From positions 288,001 to 352,000 of the forward strand of contig CAWHTE010000003.1 of assembly GCA_963832165.1 (NCBI GenBank): DNA of 64,000 bases, written 5' to 3'. Each line of letters starts with the position of its first letter. The stretch's first letter is position 1. A program made the translations under genes and the position numbers. Shown piece by piece: positions 48,160-57,276 of the stretch. The notes beneath the pieces are model-generated. The model was not told the origin of the DNA, did not search any database, and saw only the letters and a program-made list of their open reading frames with translations. This DNA is from an uncultured delta proteobacterium (GTDB taxonomy: Bacteria; Myxococcota_A; UBA9160; SMWR01).

Positions 48160-50088
48160 CTAGATCGCGTCCTCGGCGACCGAACCGGACTGGAGGTCGA
48201 TGAACTCGCGGTAGAGGCCGCGCTCCGCGATCAGCTCCTCGTGGGTGCCGAGCTGCGACACGCGACCGTGCTCGAGCACGACGATCTTGTGCGCCGCGCG
48301 CACGGTCGAGAGCCGGTGCGCGATCACGAACGCGGTGCGGCCCGGCATCAGCTTCTCGATCGCGTCCTGCACCAGGCGCTCGCTCTTCGAGTCGAGCGAG
48401 CTCGTGGCCTCGTCGAGCACGAGGATCGCCGGATCGCGCAGGATTGCGCGCGCGATCGTCACGCGCTGGCGCTGTCCGCCCGAAAGGCGCGTGCCGGCCG
48501 CGCCCACCTCGGTCTCGTAGCGGTCGGGCAGACCCTCGGCGAACTCGTCGACGTGGGCCGCGCGCGCCGCCGCGAGGATCTCCTCCTCGGTGGCGTCGAG
48601 TCGCCCGTAGCGGATGTTCTCGCGGATCGTTCCGTCGAACAGGAACGGCTCCTGGGAGACGACCGCCATCTGGTCGAGCAGCGAAGCGCGGCTCACCTGG
48701 CGCAGATCGATCCCGTCGATCTCGATCTTCCCACTCGTCGGGTCGTAGAACCGGAGCAGCAGATCGACGAGCGTCGTCTTGCCTGCGCCGGTGCGGCCCA
48801 CGATCGCGATCACTTCGCCTGCGCGCGCTTCGAAGTTGACGTCTTCGAGCACGGGCTCGCGCCCGTACGTGAAGGTGACGTGGTCGAAGCGCACGCCGCG
48901 GTGGATGCGCGGGACCGGTACCGCGTTCTCGGCGTCGCGGATCTCGATCGGGCTGTCGAGCACCTCGAAATAGCGCTCGGCCGACGGCTCGGCGTCCGCC
49001 ACCCTCACCCAACCGCGCGCGAGCGTGCGCACGGGCCGGTACAGCGTGATCGTGATCGCAGCGAACGCCCCGAGATCGCCCAGCGTGAGGCCCCAGCGCC
49101 CGCGCAACACGAGGAAGATGCCGAGCACGAGCACACCGACCGCGGCGATGTTGTTCAGCGCGTCGACGAGCGTGCGCGCGAGCGTGCGGTTCACGGCCAC
49201 GCGCATGCCGCGCCGGAACAGCCGCCGGCTCGAGCGCGCGAAGCCCTCCTGCTCGTGGTCCTCGGCGCGGAACGCCTTGATCACCTTGATGCCCTCGAGG
49301 ATCTCGATCAGACGTCCCGTGAGATCCGCGAACTCGCGCTGCCTCTTGTGCGCGCTGCGCCGGATGCGCCGGCCGAAGATCGAGATCGTCACGGCGATCC
49401 CGGGCCCCACTAGGAGCATCACGAGCGAGAGCTGCCACGACACGTAGAAGAGCGAGGCCACGCCCACGATGAGCATCACGAACGCCTCGGCGAAGTCGTC
49501 GAACACGAGCGCGAGCGCTCCTTGCGCGGTCGTCACGTCTCCCATCAGCCGCGCAAACAGATCGCCGCGGCTGCGATCGCGGTGAAAGCGCAGCGGCAGC
49601 GCCAGCAGCCTTCCGCACAGCTCGACCTTCATGTCGAGGTCGATCCGGCCGAGCACCCACGCCACGAGGTACTCGCGCGCGAACAACACCACGGGCATTC
49701 CGAGCACGATCAGTGCGATCGCCGCGATGATCTCGAGCAGCCGGTTGCTGATCTCGTCCGCGAGCCGTGTGCGCGTGGCGTCTTCGTCGCGCGGGGGCAC
49801 CGGCGCCTGGGGAGCGGCCTCGGGCTTCTCGCCCGGCACGAGCTCGCCGAGCTTGAAGGGCAATGATCCGCCGGCCTCACGCATGGCCTGTGCGGGCGCG
49901 ATCACGTCATCGAAGATCGGCTTGATCAGGTAGGCGCGCCCATAGCGGCCCGCGCTGAAGACGCTCGCGAGCAGCAGGGCACCGATGATCGGCACGAGAT
50001 AGGGGCGCGCGTAGCTGAACAGCCGCCACAGCGACGATCGCATAGCGGTCGGTGCGCGGGCGTCCGCGGCATCGGATTCGGTGGACAA
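48160..50088 (-). CDS. msbA: MsbA-like ABC exporter (probable lipid A flippase); start 50088 TTG or 50043 ATG
   Basis: TMD+NBD fusion; GRTGAGKTT, LSGGQRQR, LDEATSSLD, AHRLST; near LPS genes. Confidence 0.7.
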   Translation of the reverse strand: MSTESDAADARAPTAMRSSLWRLFSYARPYLVPIIGALLLASVFSAGRYGRAYLIKPIFDDVIAPAQAMREAGGSLPFKLGELVPGEKPEAAPQAPVPPRDEDATRTRLADEISNRLLEIIAAIALIVLGMPVVLFAREYLVAWVLGRIDLDMKVELCGRLLALPLRFHRDRSRGDLFARLMGDVTTAQGALALVFDDFAEAFVMLIVGVASLFYVSWQLSLVMLLVGPGIAVTISIFGRRIRRSAHKRQREFADLTGRLIEILEGIKVIKAFRAEDHEQEGFARSSRRLFRRGMRVAVNRTLARTLVDALNNIAAVGVLVLGIFLVLRGRWGLTLGDLGAFAAITITLYRPVRTLARGWVRVADAEPSAERYFEVLDSPIEIRDAENAVPVPRIHRGVRFDHVTFTYGREPVLEDVNFEARAGEVIAIVGRTGAGKTTLVDLLLRFYDPTSGKIEIDGIDLRQVSRASLLDQMAVVSQEPFLFDGTIRENIRYGRLDATEEEILAAARAAHVDEFAEGLPDRYETEVGAAGTRLSGGQRQRVTIARAILRDPAILVLDEATSSLDSKSERLVQDAIEKLMPGRTAFVIAHRLSTVRAAHKIVVLEHGRVSQLGTHEELIAERGLYREFIDLQSGSVAEDAI

Positions 50089-50141
50089 ATTCGCGCCTCG
50101 GGGGACGGCGGGCAGGCGGGGAGGGGCCCCCACGGTAGCGC

Positions 50142-51527
50142 CTAGCCCAGCTCCTCCGCGATCGCGTCGCCGGCGCGCCAGCCGAGCCAGACCTCGCCTT
50201 CACCGCCGAGACCGCCCACGCTGGCGCGGTCGAGGCCATACACGGCGGGCTTCGCGCACAGCCGCAGCTCGGGATCGTCGGGCCAGGCCGGGCCCCGCGG
50301 ATCCGCGAGCAGCGCGTCGGTGTCCCAGCGAAGCTCGGGCAGCGGCCGGCGCTCGAGCGCGCCTTCCGAGAACGGCAGCAGATCGCGCAGTGCGGCCGCG
50401 ATGCGTTCCTCGCCGCGGCGCTGTGCTTCGGCGTCGCCGACCGGCACGACCACCGAGGCGAGCAGGTCGAGACCCGCGTCTCGGCTCCGTCCGCGAAACA
50501 CGCGCAGCGCCACGCAGTCCTCGTCCTCGTCGTCCCGCCACACCACGCGGTCGGCCATGCTCGGCGGAATCTGCTCGCGCGGGCCGCGGTAGTGCACGGT
50601 GTGGCGTCGCCATTGGATCGGCGGCGCTTCGAGCGGGGTCGGGAGCGGCTCGTCGGACGCGGCCGCGATCGCCGCGGCGGGCGCGTTCAAGAGCAGCGCG
50701 CGGCCGGTCCAGATCTCCTTCGATCCGCCCACGGCAATCCCGGGCTGCTGCGAGACCGTCACGAGCCGGAAGCCGCGCTCGAGCACGCGGAACTCGCCGT
50801 AGAGCGTTGCGATCCGCCGCCGCAACAGGCCGCGCAGATACCCCTCGGCGCCGCTCATCGCGACGCCGCCGCGCAACAGGCCACCGATCAGTCGCGCGCG
50901 GGCGTGCGGCGAGGGCGCGCGGCCGCCCAGGTTCGAGAGTGCGCGCAGCGGCGCGTCGAGCAGGGAGCGCAGCGCGGGCGGAGCCTGTGTGAGCGCGCTC
51001 GGCCAGCCGCGCTCGAGGGACGCGCGCCGCGCGGGTGCGAGCGCCTCGCGCGCACGCCGCGCCGTGCGCAGCAGTGCGGGCGCCTCGAGCAGCGCCGCGC
51101 GCTCCGCTTCGGCAGCTTGGTCGAGCGCCTCGGCGAAACGCCGCGCGTCGTCGCGCGACACGAGGCCCCAGCTCGACCATTCCTCCGCGGTATGGCTCGT
51201 GCGCCCGAGATCCACGCGGCGCTCGGCGTCGCACACCTGGAGCGCGACCTCCTCGGAGACGAAGCGCCGCTGGTCGATCAGCGCGATGCCCATCGCGCGC
51301 AGACACCCCGAGAGCAGCCCGTGGCTGTCGGCATCGACGAGCAGGAACGGCTCGCGTACGAAATCGTCGTCGCCCGTGGCGCGTTCCTCGAGCACGAGCA
51401 CGCGCAGCCCGCGCTGGCCCATGCGCACCGCGGCCACGAGCCCCGGCAGCGCCGAGCCGAGCATGAGGACGTCCCAGCGGCGGACCCGGTGCGCTTCCGA
51501 GCTCGCGATCGACGGGAAGCCGCGCAT
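50142..51527 (-). CDS. FAD/NAD(P)-binding-fold protein (phytoene desaturase/GDI-like, divergent)
   Basis: WDVLMLGSALPGLVAAVRMGQRGLRVLVLEE Rossmann start; C-terminal GLGGEGEVWLG. Confidence 0.6.
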   Translation of the reverse strand: MRGFPSIASSEAHRVRRWDVLMLGSALPGLVAAVRMGQRGLRVLVLEERATGDDDFVREPFLLVDADSHGLLSGCLRAMGIALIDQRRFVSEEVALQVCDAERRVDLGRTSHTAEEWSSWGLVSRDDARRFAEALDQAAEAERAALLEAPALLRTARRAREALAPARRASLERGWPSALTQAPPALRSLLDAPLRALSNLGGRAPSPHARARLIGGLLRGGVAMSGAEGYLRGLLRRRIATLYGEFRVLERGFRLVTVSQQPGIAVGGSKEIWTGRALLLNAPAAAIAAASDEPLPTPLEAPPIQWRRHTVHYRGPREQIPPSMADRVVWRDDEDEDCVALRVFRGRSRDAGLDLLASVVVPVGDAEAQRRGEERIAAALRDLLPFSEGALERRPLPELRWDTDALLADPRGPAWPDDPELRLCAKPAVYGLDRASVGGLGGEGEVWLGWRAGDAIAEELG

Positions 51528-52612
51528 CAGCCCGCGAGCGGGCCCAGCGAGAGCGGCGGATCGTCGGGAGTGCGCACACCGATCTGGCCAATGCGATACG
51601 CGCGCTCCCCCATCGCCTGGACGCGGTCGAGGACGTCGCTGGCCTGCTCCACGGGCACGATCACCACCATGCCGATCCCGCAGTTGAACACGCGCAGCAT
51701 CTCGTCGTCGTCGATGCTGCCGCGCTGCTGCAGCCAGCCGAAGATCGGGGGCCGCGGCCAGCGCGTCGGATCGATCCGCGCTTGGACGCCCTTCGGCAGC
51801 ACACGCGGCACGTTGCCCGGGAAGCCGCCGCCCGTGATGTGCGCCACGCCGTTGATCGTGAAGTCGCGCATCAGGTTCAGGATCGTGCGCACGTAGATGC
51901 GCGTCGGCGCGAGCAGCGCGCTCGCGAGCGTCGTGTTGAGCTCGGCGTTCTCCGCGCGCAGGTCGATCTCGCCCGAGCTCAGGCCCGGCTCGATGATGCT
52001 GCGCACGAGGCTGTAGCCGTTGCTGTGGCAGCCCGACGACGCCAGTCCCAGGATCACGTCGCCCTGGCCGATCGTCGATCCGTCGATCAGTCGATCGCGC
52101 TCCACGACCCCCACGCCGAATCCGACGAGCTCGACTTCGCCGTCGGCGTAGACCCCCGGCATCGTGGCGGTCTCGCCGCCGAGCAGCGCGCACCCCGCGC
52201 GCCGGCAGCCCTCGGCCATCCCGCGCAGCGCCTGGCGCGCGCGCGACCGGTCGAGCTTCGACATCGCCACGTAGTCGAGGAACACGAGCGGTTCGGCGCC
52301 CTGCACAATGAGGTCGTTGACCACCATCGCCACGCAGTCGATGCCGACCGTGTCGAAGCGGTCGAGCGCGGCGGCGAGCTTGAGCTTGGTGCCGACCCCG
52401 TCCGCGCTCGCCACGAAGATCGGGTTCTCGTAGCGTTCGGGGGCCTTGAACAGGCCCGCAAAGCCGCCGATCGACGACAGGATCTCGGGCCGCAGGGTCG
52501 AGCGCGTGATCTCGCGGATCTCGTCCACGAATCCCTCGTCGTGGTCGAGGTCGACCCCGGAGGCCGCGTAGCTCGGAGCGCTGCGCGCTCCGGTGTCGTC
52601 GGTGCTGCTCAC
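51527..52612 (-). CDS. purM: Phosphoribosylformylglycinamidine cyclo-ligase
   Basis: YAASGVD, GGFAG, DGVGTK, GIDCVAM, GGETA, HSNGYS, AHITGGG, FNCGIG. Confidence 0.97.
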   Translation of the reverse strand: MSSTDDTGARSAPSYAASGVDLDHDEGFVDEIREITRSTLRPEILSSIGGFAGLFKAPERYENPIFVASADGVGTKLKLAAALDRFDTVGIDCVAMVVNDLIVQGAEPLVFLDYVAMSKLDRSRARQALRGMAEGCRRAGCALLGGETATMPGVYADGEVELVGFGVGVVERDRLIDGSTIGQGDVILGLASSGCHSNGYSLVRSIIEPGLSSGEIDLRAENAELNTTLASALLAPTRIYVRTILNLMRDFTINGVAHITGGGFPGNVPRVLPKGVQARIDPTRWPRPPIFGWLQQRGSIDDDEMLRVFNCGIGMVVIVPVEQASDVLDRVQAMGERAYRIGQIGVRTPDDPPLSLGPLAG

Positions 52613-52674
52613 GACGGCGATGGATAGGCGAGCGGGCCTCGGAGCGCAATCGGCGTCCATGCTATCGTCGCTCG

Positions 52675-53349
52675 GTGAAGCTCTCGGTGGTGATTCCGAC
52701 GCTGGACGAGGCGGATCGCATCGAGACAGCAATCCGAGGCGCCCTCGACGCGCCAGCAACCGTGGAAGTCATCGTCGTCGATGGCGGAAGCTCCGATGCG
52801 ACAACCCGCCTCGCGGCGGCCGCGGGTGCGCGCGTTCTCGCGTGCGAGCGCGGGCGCGCGCGCCAGCTCCGGGCTGGGGTGAGCGCGAGCACCGGCGACG
52901 TCGTGGTGCTGCTCCACGCCGACACGCAGCTTCCGCACGACTGGACGTCGGCGGTCGAGCAGGCGCTGCGCGACCCGCGCGTGGTCGCAGGGGCGTTTCG
53001 CCTTCGCTTCGACGAGCAGTCGCTCGTGTTCCGCTTCATCGAGTTCGGCGCGCGACTGCGGGCCGGCCTGCTCCGGCTGCCGTACGGCGATCAGGCGCTG
53101 TTCTTCCGGCGCCGCGCGCTCGAGGCGATCGGCGGGATCCCCGAGGTGCCGCTGATGGAGGATCTCGATCTCGTGCACCGGATCAAGCGCGAGGGGCGCC
53201 TCGCGCTCTTGTCTGCGCCCGCGGTCACGTCGGCGCGCCGCTACCGCGCGCGCGGTCCGCTGCGCACGATGCTGCGGAACTGGCTCGCCGCGACCGCCTG
53301 GACGCTCGGCGTCGACCGGGCTCGCATCGCTCACTGGGTGGGGCGGTGA
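52675..53349 (+). CDS. GT2 glycosyltransferase (TIGR04283-like)
   Basis: LSVVIPTLDE, VDGGSSD, GRARQL, LHAD, PYGDQ, PLMED, TSARR. Confidence 0.88.
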   Translation: MKLSVVIPTLDEADRIETAIRGALDAPATVEVIVVDGGSSDATTRLAAAAGARVLACERGRARQLRAGVSASTGDVVVLLHADTQLPHDWTSAVEQALRDPRVVAGAFRLRFDEQSLVFRFIEFGARLRAGLLRLPYGDQALFFRRRALEAIGGIPEVPLMEDLDLVHRIKREGRLALLSAPAVTSARRYRARGPLRTMLRNWLAATAWTLGVDRARIAHWVGR

Positions 53350-55151
53350 GCGGGGCGCCGCCCGCGCCGCAGAGCATCCGGCCGGCGCTGCGCCGGCTCG
53401 CGGGCTACGTCCGCCACAGCGGCCGCTTCTACGCCGTGTGGGTGCTCGTGACGTTCGGCTACGTCGCGGGCTTCGTGGCGGTTCCGATGCTGGTCGGCTG
53501 GTGCGTCAGTGCGGTCGCCCACGGACTCCCCGCCGACGAGATCGCGCGCCGCGTCGCGTGGCTCGGGGTCGCGACCGGCGCGCGCGCCTTGCTCCGCTAC
53601 TTCTCGCGCACACTCGTGTTCAACGCCGCGCGCCAGGTCGAGTACGAGCTGCGCGACGACATCTTCGCCCACCTGCAGCGGTTGCCGCAGAGCTTCTACT
53701 TCCGCTGGCGCACCGGCGACATCATGAGCCGGTGCGTGAACGACATCAACGCGGTGCGGCTGTTGATGGGCGTGGGCCTGCTCAACCTGCTCCAGACGCC
53801 CGTGCTCTACGCCGCGGTGATCGGCGCGATGATGATGGTGAACGCGCGGCTCGCCTTCCTCGTGCTCCTGCCTTACCCGCTCTTCATCCTGATCGCGCGC
53901 GCGTTCGGCCGCTCCATCCACCACTGGAGTCTGCTCACGCAGGAGGGCCTCGCGGAGGCCAGCAACCAGCTCCAGGAGACGATCTCGGGAATCGCAGTGG
54001 TGAAGGCCTATGCGATGGAGCCCGTCACCGCGCGGCGCTTCGAGGCGGTGAATCAGGAGCTGTACCGGCGCGAGCTCGGGCTCGTGCGCAGCAACGCGGC
54101 GATGCCCGCGATCACGGGCACGCTGCCCGCGCTCGCGATGGGTGTGATCCTGCTCGTGGGCGGCCGCGACATCGTGTCGGGCCGCATGGCGGTGGCCGAC
54201 TTCTTCACGTTCGCGATGTACGTCTACGAGCTGACCTTCCCGACCTTCATCATGGGCTGGGTGGTCGCGCTCGTGCAGCGCGGCGCCGCGTCGATGCAGC
54301 GCATCGACGAGCTGCTGCGCGAGCAGCCGACGATCGCGGACCACCCCGAAGCCGTACCGCTCAGCGCGCTGCGCGGCGAGATCGAGTTCCGGAACCTGAC
54401 GGTCTCGTACGCGAGCGATCCCGCTCGCGAGCCCGCGCTGCGCGACATCGATCTGCGCGTGCCCGCGGGCAGCACGCTTGGCGTGGTCGGCACCGTGGGC
54501 GCGGGCAAGACCACGCTCGCGTCGCTCGTGCCGCGCCTCTTCGAAGTCGCGGACGGGCAGCTCTTCGTCGACGGCGTCGACATCAACCGCGTGCCGCTCG
54601 CCACGCTGCGCCGGCACATCGCGATGGTGCCGCAGGAGGCGTTCCTGTTCTCGACCACGCTCGCCGAGAACATCGCGTTCGGCCGCCCCGACGCGACGCG
54701 CGCAGATGTGGAGCGCGCGGCGCTGCGCGCGCAGCTCGCGAAGGACGTCGTCGATCTGCCCGATGGCTACGACACGATCGTGGGCGAGCGCGGCGTGATG
54801 CTCTCGGGCGGCCAGCGCCAGCGCACTGCGCTCGCGCGCGCGCTGCTGCTCGACCCCGCGATCCTGATCCTCGACGACACGCTCTCGGCGGTCGACGCCG
54901 AGACCGAGGCGGCGATCCAGCGCGAGCTCGAGGGCGTGTACGCGGGGCGCACGGTGGTGATCGTGTCGTCGCAGGTCAGCGCGGTGCGCGGTGCCGACCA
55001 GATCGTCGTGCTCGACGGCGGCCGGATCGTCGAGCGCGGGCGCCACGCCGAGCTCCTGGCCGCGGGCGGGCTCTACGCGCGGCTCGCCGAGGAGCAGGCG
55101 CGCCGCGACGACCGCGAGCTCGATCTCGCGGTAGCGGGGCTGTCGGCATGA
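53346..55151 (+). CDS. ABC exporter half-transporter, subunit A (MdlA-like)
   Basis: TMD+NBD; GTVGAGKTT, LSGGQRQR, Walker B ILDD. Confidence 0.9.
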   Translation: MSGAPPAPQSIRPALRRLAGYVRHSGRFYAVWVLVTFGYVAGFVAVPMLVGWCVSAVAHGLPADEIARRVAWLGVATGARALLRYFSRTLVFNAARQVEYELRDDIFAHLQRLPQSFYFRWRTGDIMSRCVNDINAVRLLMGVGLLNLLQTPVLYAAVIGAMMMVNARLAFLVLLPYPLFILIARAFGRSIHHWSLLTQEGLAEASNQLQETISGIAVVKAYAMEPVTARRFEAVNQELYRRELGLVRSNAAMPAITGTLPALAMGVILLVGGRDIVSGRMAVADFFTFAMYVYELTFPTFIMGWVVALVQRGAASMQRIDELLREQPTIADHPEAVPLSALRGEIEFRNLTVSYASDPAREPALRDIDLRVPAGSTLGVVGTVGAGKTTLASLVPRLFEVADGQLFVDGVDINRVPLATLRRHIAMVPQEAFLFSTTLAENIAFGRPDATRADVERAALRAQLAKDVVDLPDGYDTIVGERGVMLSGGQRQRTALARALLLDPAILILDDTLSAVDAETEAAIQRELEGVYAGRTVVIVSSQVSAVRGADQIVVLDGGRIVERGRHAELLAAGGLYARLAEEQARRDDRELDLAVAGLSA

Positions 55152-57094
55152 GTGCGGCGGCTCCGCGCGCGCCGATTCGCGACGCGCTGTTCGAGGAGGA
55201 GGCGCTCGGCAAGGCTTACGACGCGCGCCTCGCGCGGCGCTTGTGGCGCTACGTCTCGCCGTATCGCGCGCAGGTGCTCGTCACGGTGCTGATGCTGTTC
55301 CCGCTGATGTTCTTCGAGCTCGCACCTGCGTGGATCATCAAGACCGGAATCGACCGCGAGATCGTCCCGCGCGCGGTCGGCACCGTGCCGGCGCCGGTCG
55401 TGTGGCCGCCCGCGCCTGCGCTGGTTCCCGAGTTCGCATGGTCGCTCGCAGGCCGCGCCTTCGAGGTTGCGAGCGGCTGGCTCGAGGCGCCCGCGTCGAT
55501 CCCGCCGCTCTGGTGGCTCGCCGGGATCTACTTCGTGGTGACCGCGCTCTCGAGCGTCGTCTCCTACGTCGATCCGCTCGTGATGTCGCGCACGGGTCAG
55601 GCCGCGATGCGCGACCTGCGCCGCGAGGTGTTCGCCCACATCCAACGCCTGCACCTGGGCTTCTTCGACACGATGCCGGTGGGGCGGCTCGTCACGCGCG
55701 CCACGAACGACGTCGAGAACGTCTCCGAGATGTTCTCGGCGGGCATCGCAGCGCTCGTGCGGGATGTGTTCAAGATGATCGGGCTCGCGATCGCGCTGTT
55801 CTGCATCGACGCCCGGCTGGCCGGATTCACCTTCGTCGTGGTCCCGCTGCTCGCGGTCGGGGCGATCGTGTTCCGCTGGAAGGTGCGCGAGGCGTTCCGT
55901 GCCGTGCGCGTACGGATCGCGCGCATCAACGCCTATCTCCAGGAGAACGTGGTCGGTATGAAGGTGGTGCAGCTGTTCACGCGCGAAGAGCGGAGCTTCC
56001 GCGACTTCGACGCGATGAATGCCGATCACCGCGACGCCTGGCTCCAGTCGATCCGCTACGACTCGGCGCTATTCGCGGTGGTCGAGTTCGCATCCGGGAT
56101 CACGATCGCGCTCGTGATCTGGCAGGGCGCCGGCTACGCCGCTGCCGGCACGATCTACCTGTTCATCGATTGGACCCGTCGCTTCTTCCTGCCGCTGCGC
56201 GATCTGTCCGCAAAGTACTCCGTGATGCAGTCGTCGATGGCGAGTGCCGAGCGCATCTTCCAGCTGCTCGACACGCCGCCTGCGGTGCTGGATCCGCCCT
56301 CGGCGGCGAGCCCGATCGCACCCGCGGAACGACGCGGTGTGGTCGAGTTCGATCGCGTCTGGTTCTCGTACCGCGGCGACGACGATTGGGTGCTGCGCGA
56401 CGTGTCATTCCGAGTCGAGGCCGGACAGAGTGCGGCGTTCGTGGGCGCGACCGGCGCTGGGAAGACGACGATCATCAAGCTGCTCACGCGGCTCTACGAC
56501 GTGAACCGGGGCAGCATCCGGATCGACGGAGTCGACCTGCGCGAGTGGCCGCAGAGCGAGCTGCGCCGGCGCGTCGCGATGGTGCTCCAGGACGTCTTCC
56601 TGTTCAGCGGCACGATCGAGGAGAACCTGTCGCTGTATCGCGACGAGATCGACCACGAGCGCGTGCAGCGCGCCGCGAGCGCGGTGCAGGCGGATCGCTT
56701 CATCGCGCGGCTGCCGCGCGGCTATGCCACCGAGGTGCGCGAGCGCGGCACCAATCTCTCCGCAGGTCAGCGCCAGCTGCTCTCGTTCGCGCGCGCGCTC
56801 ACGCACGGCGCGGACGTGCTCGTGCTGGACGAGGCCACGAGCGCGATCGACAGAGAGACCGAGGCGCTCCTGCAGCAGGGCATCCACGTGCTGATGCAGA
56901 GCAAGACGGCGCTCGTGATCGCCCACCGGCTGTCGACGATCCAGGACGCCGACTGCATCCACGTGCTCCACAGGGGGCAGCTCGTCGAGTCGGGCACCCA
57001 CGACGAGCTGATGGCCCGCGGAGGGGTCTACCAGCGGCTCTATCGCCTCCAGTACGCCGACCAGGCTGCGCCACTCGCGGTCGCCGGCGCATAA
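55148..57094 (+). CDS. ABC exporter half-transporter, subunit B (MdlB-like)
   Basis: EEEALGKAYD, GATGAGKTT, LSAGQRQ, LDEATS, AHRLST. Confidence 0.9.
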   Translation: MSAAAPRAPIRDALFEEEALGKAYDARLARRLWRYVSPYRAQVLVTVLMLFPLMFFELAPAWIIKTGIDREIVPRAVGTVPAPVVWPPAPALVPEFAWSLAGRAFEVASGWLEAPASIPPLWWLAGIYFVVTALSSVVSYVDPLVMSRTGQAAMRDLRREVFAHIQRLHLGFFDTMPVGRLVTRATNDVENVSEMFSAGIAALVRDVFKMIGLAIALFCIDARLAGFTFVVVPLLAVGAIVFRWKVREAFRAVRVRIARINAYLQENVVGMKVVQLFTREERSFRDFDAMNADHRDAWLQSIRYDSALFAVVEFASGITIALVIWQGAGYAAAGTIYLFIDWTRRFFLPLRDLSAKYSVMQSSMASAERIFQLLDTPPAVLDPPSAASPIAPAERRGVVEFDRVWFSYRGDDDWVLRDVSFRVEAGQSAAFVGATGAGKTTIIKLLTRLYDVNRGSIRIDGVDLREWPQSELRRRVAMVLQDVFLFSGTIEENLSLYRDEIDHERVQRAASAVQADRFIARLPRGYATEVRERGTNLSAGQRQLLSFARALTHGADVLVLDEATSAIDRETEALLQQGIHVLMQSKTALVIAHRLSTIQDADCIHVLHRGQLVESGTHDELMARGGVYQRLYRLQYADQAAPLAVAGA

Positions 57095-57276
57095 CGCGCT
57101 CGAAAATCGGGACTTTTTCGGCTTGGAGGTTGGCGTCTCCGTCGGAGCGGTGGTAAACCTCCGGCACCCCCCTAGCCTTTCCAATTCCCCGATCGCGCGG
57201 TCGCGCGGACGCGGCTTGCAGGAGCTGCAGTCCGCTCGCGCACTCGGCGCGGCCGTGGGGAACCAGGTGAGGTCAG

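Noticed and set aside
57095..57276. ncRNA or riboswitch upstream of smc
   Set aside because: No recognisable family motif; only a weak sigma70-like TTGGCG...TAAACC that I cannot support.
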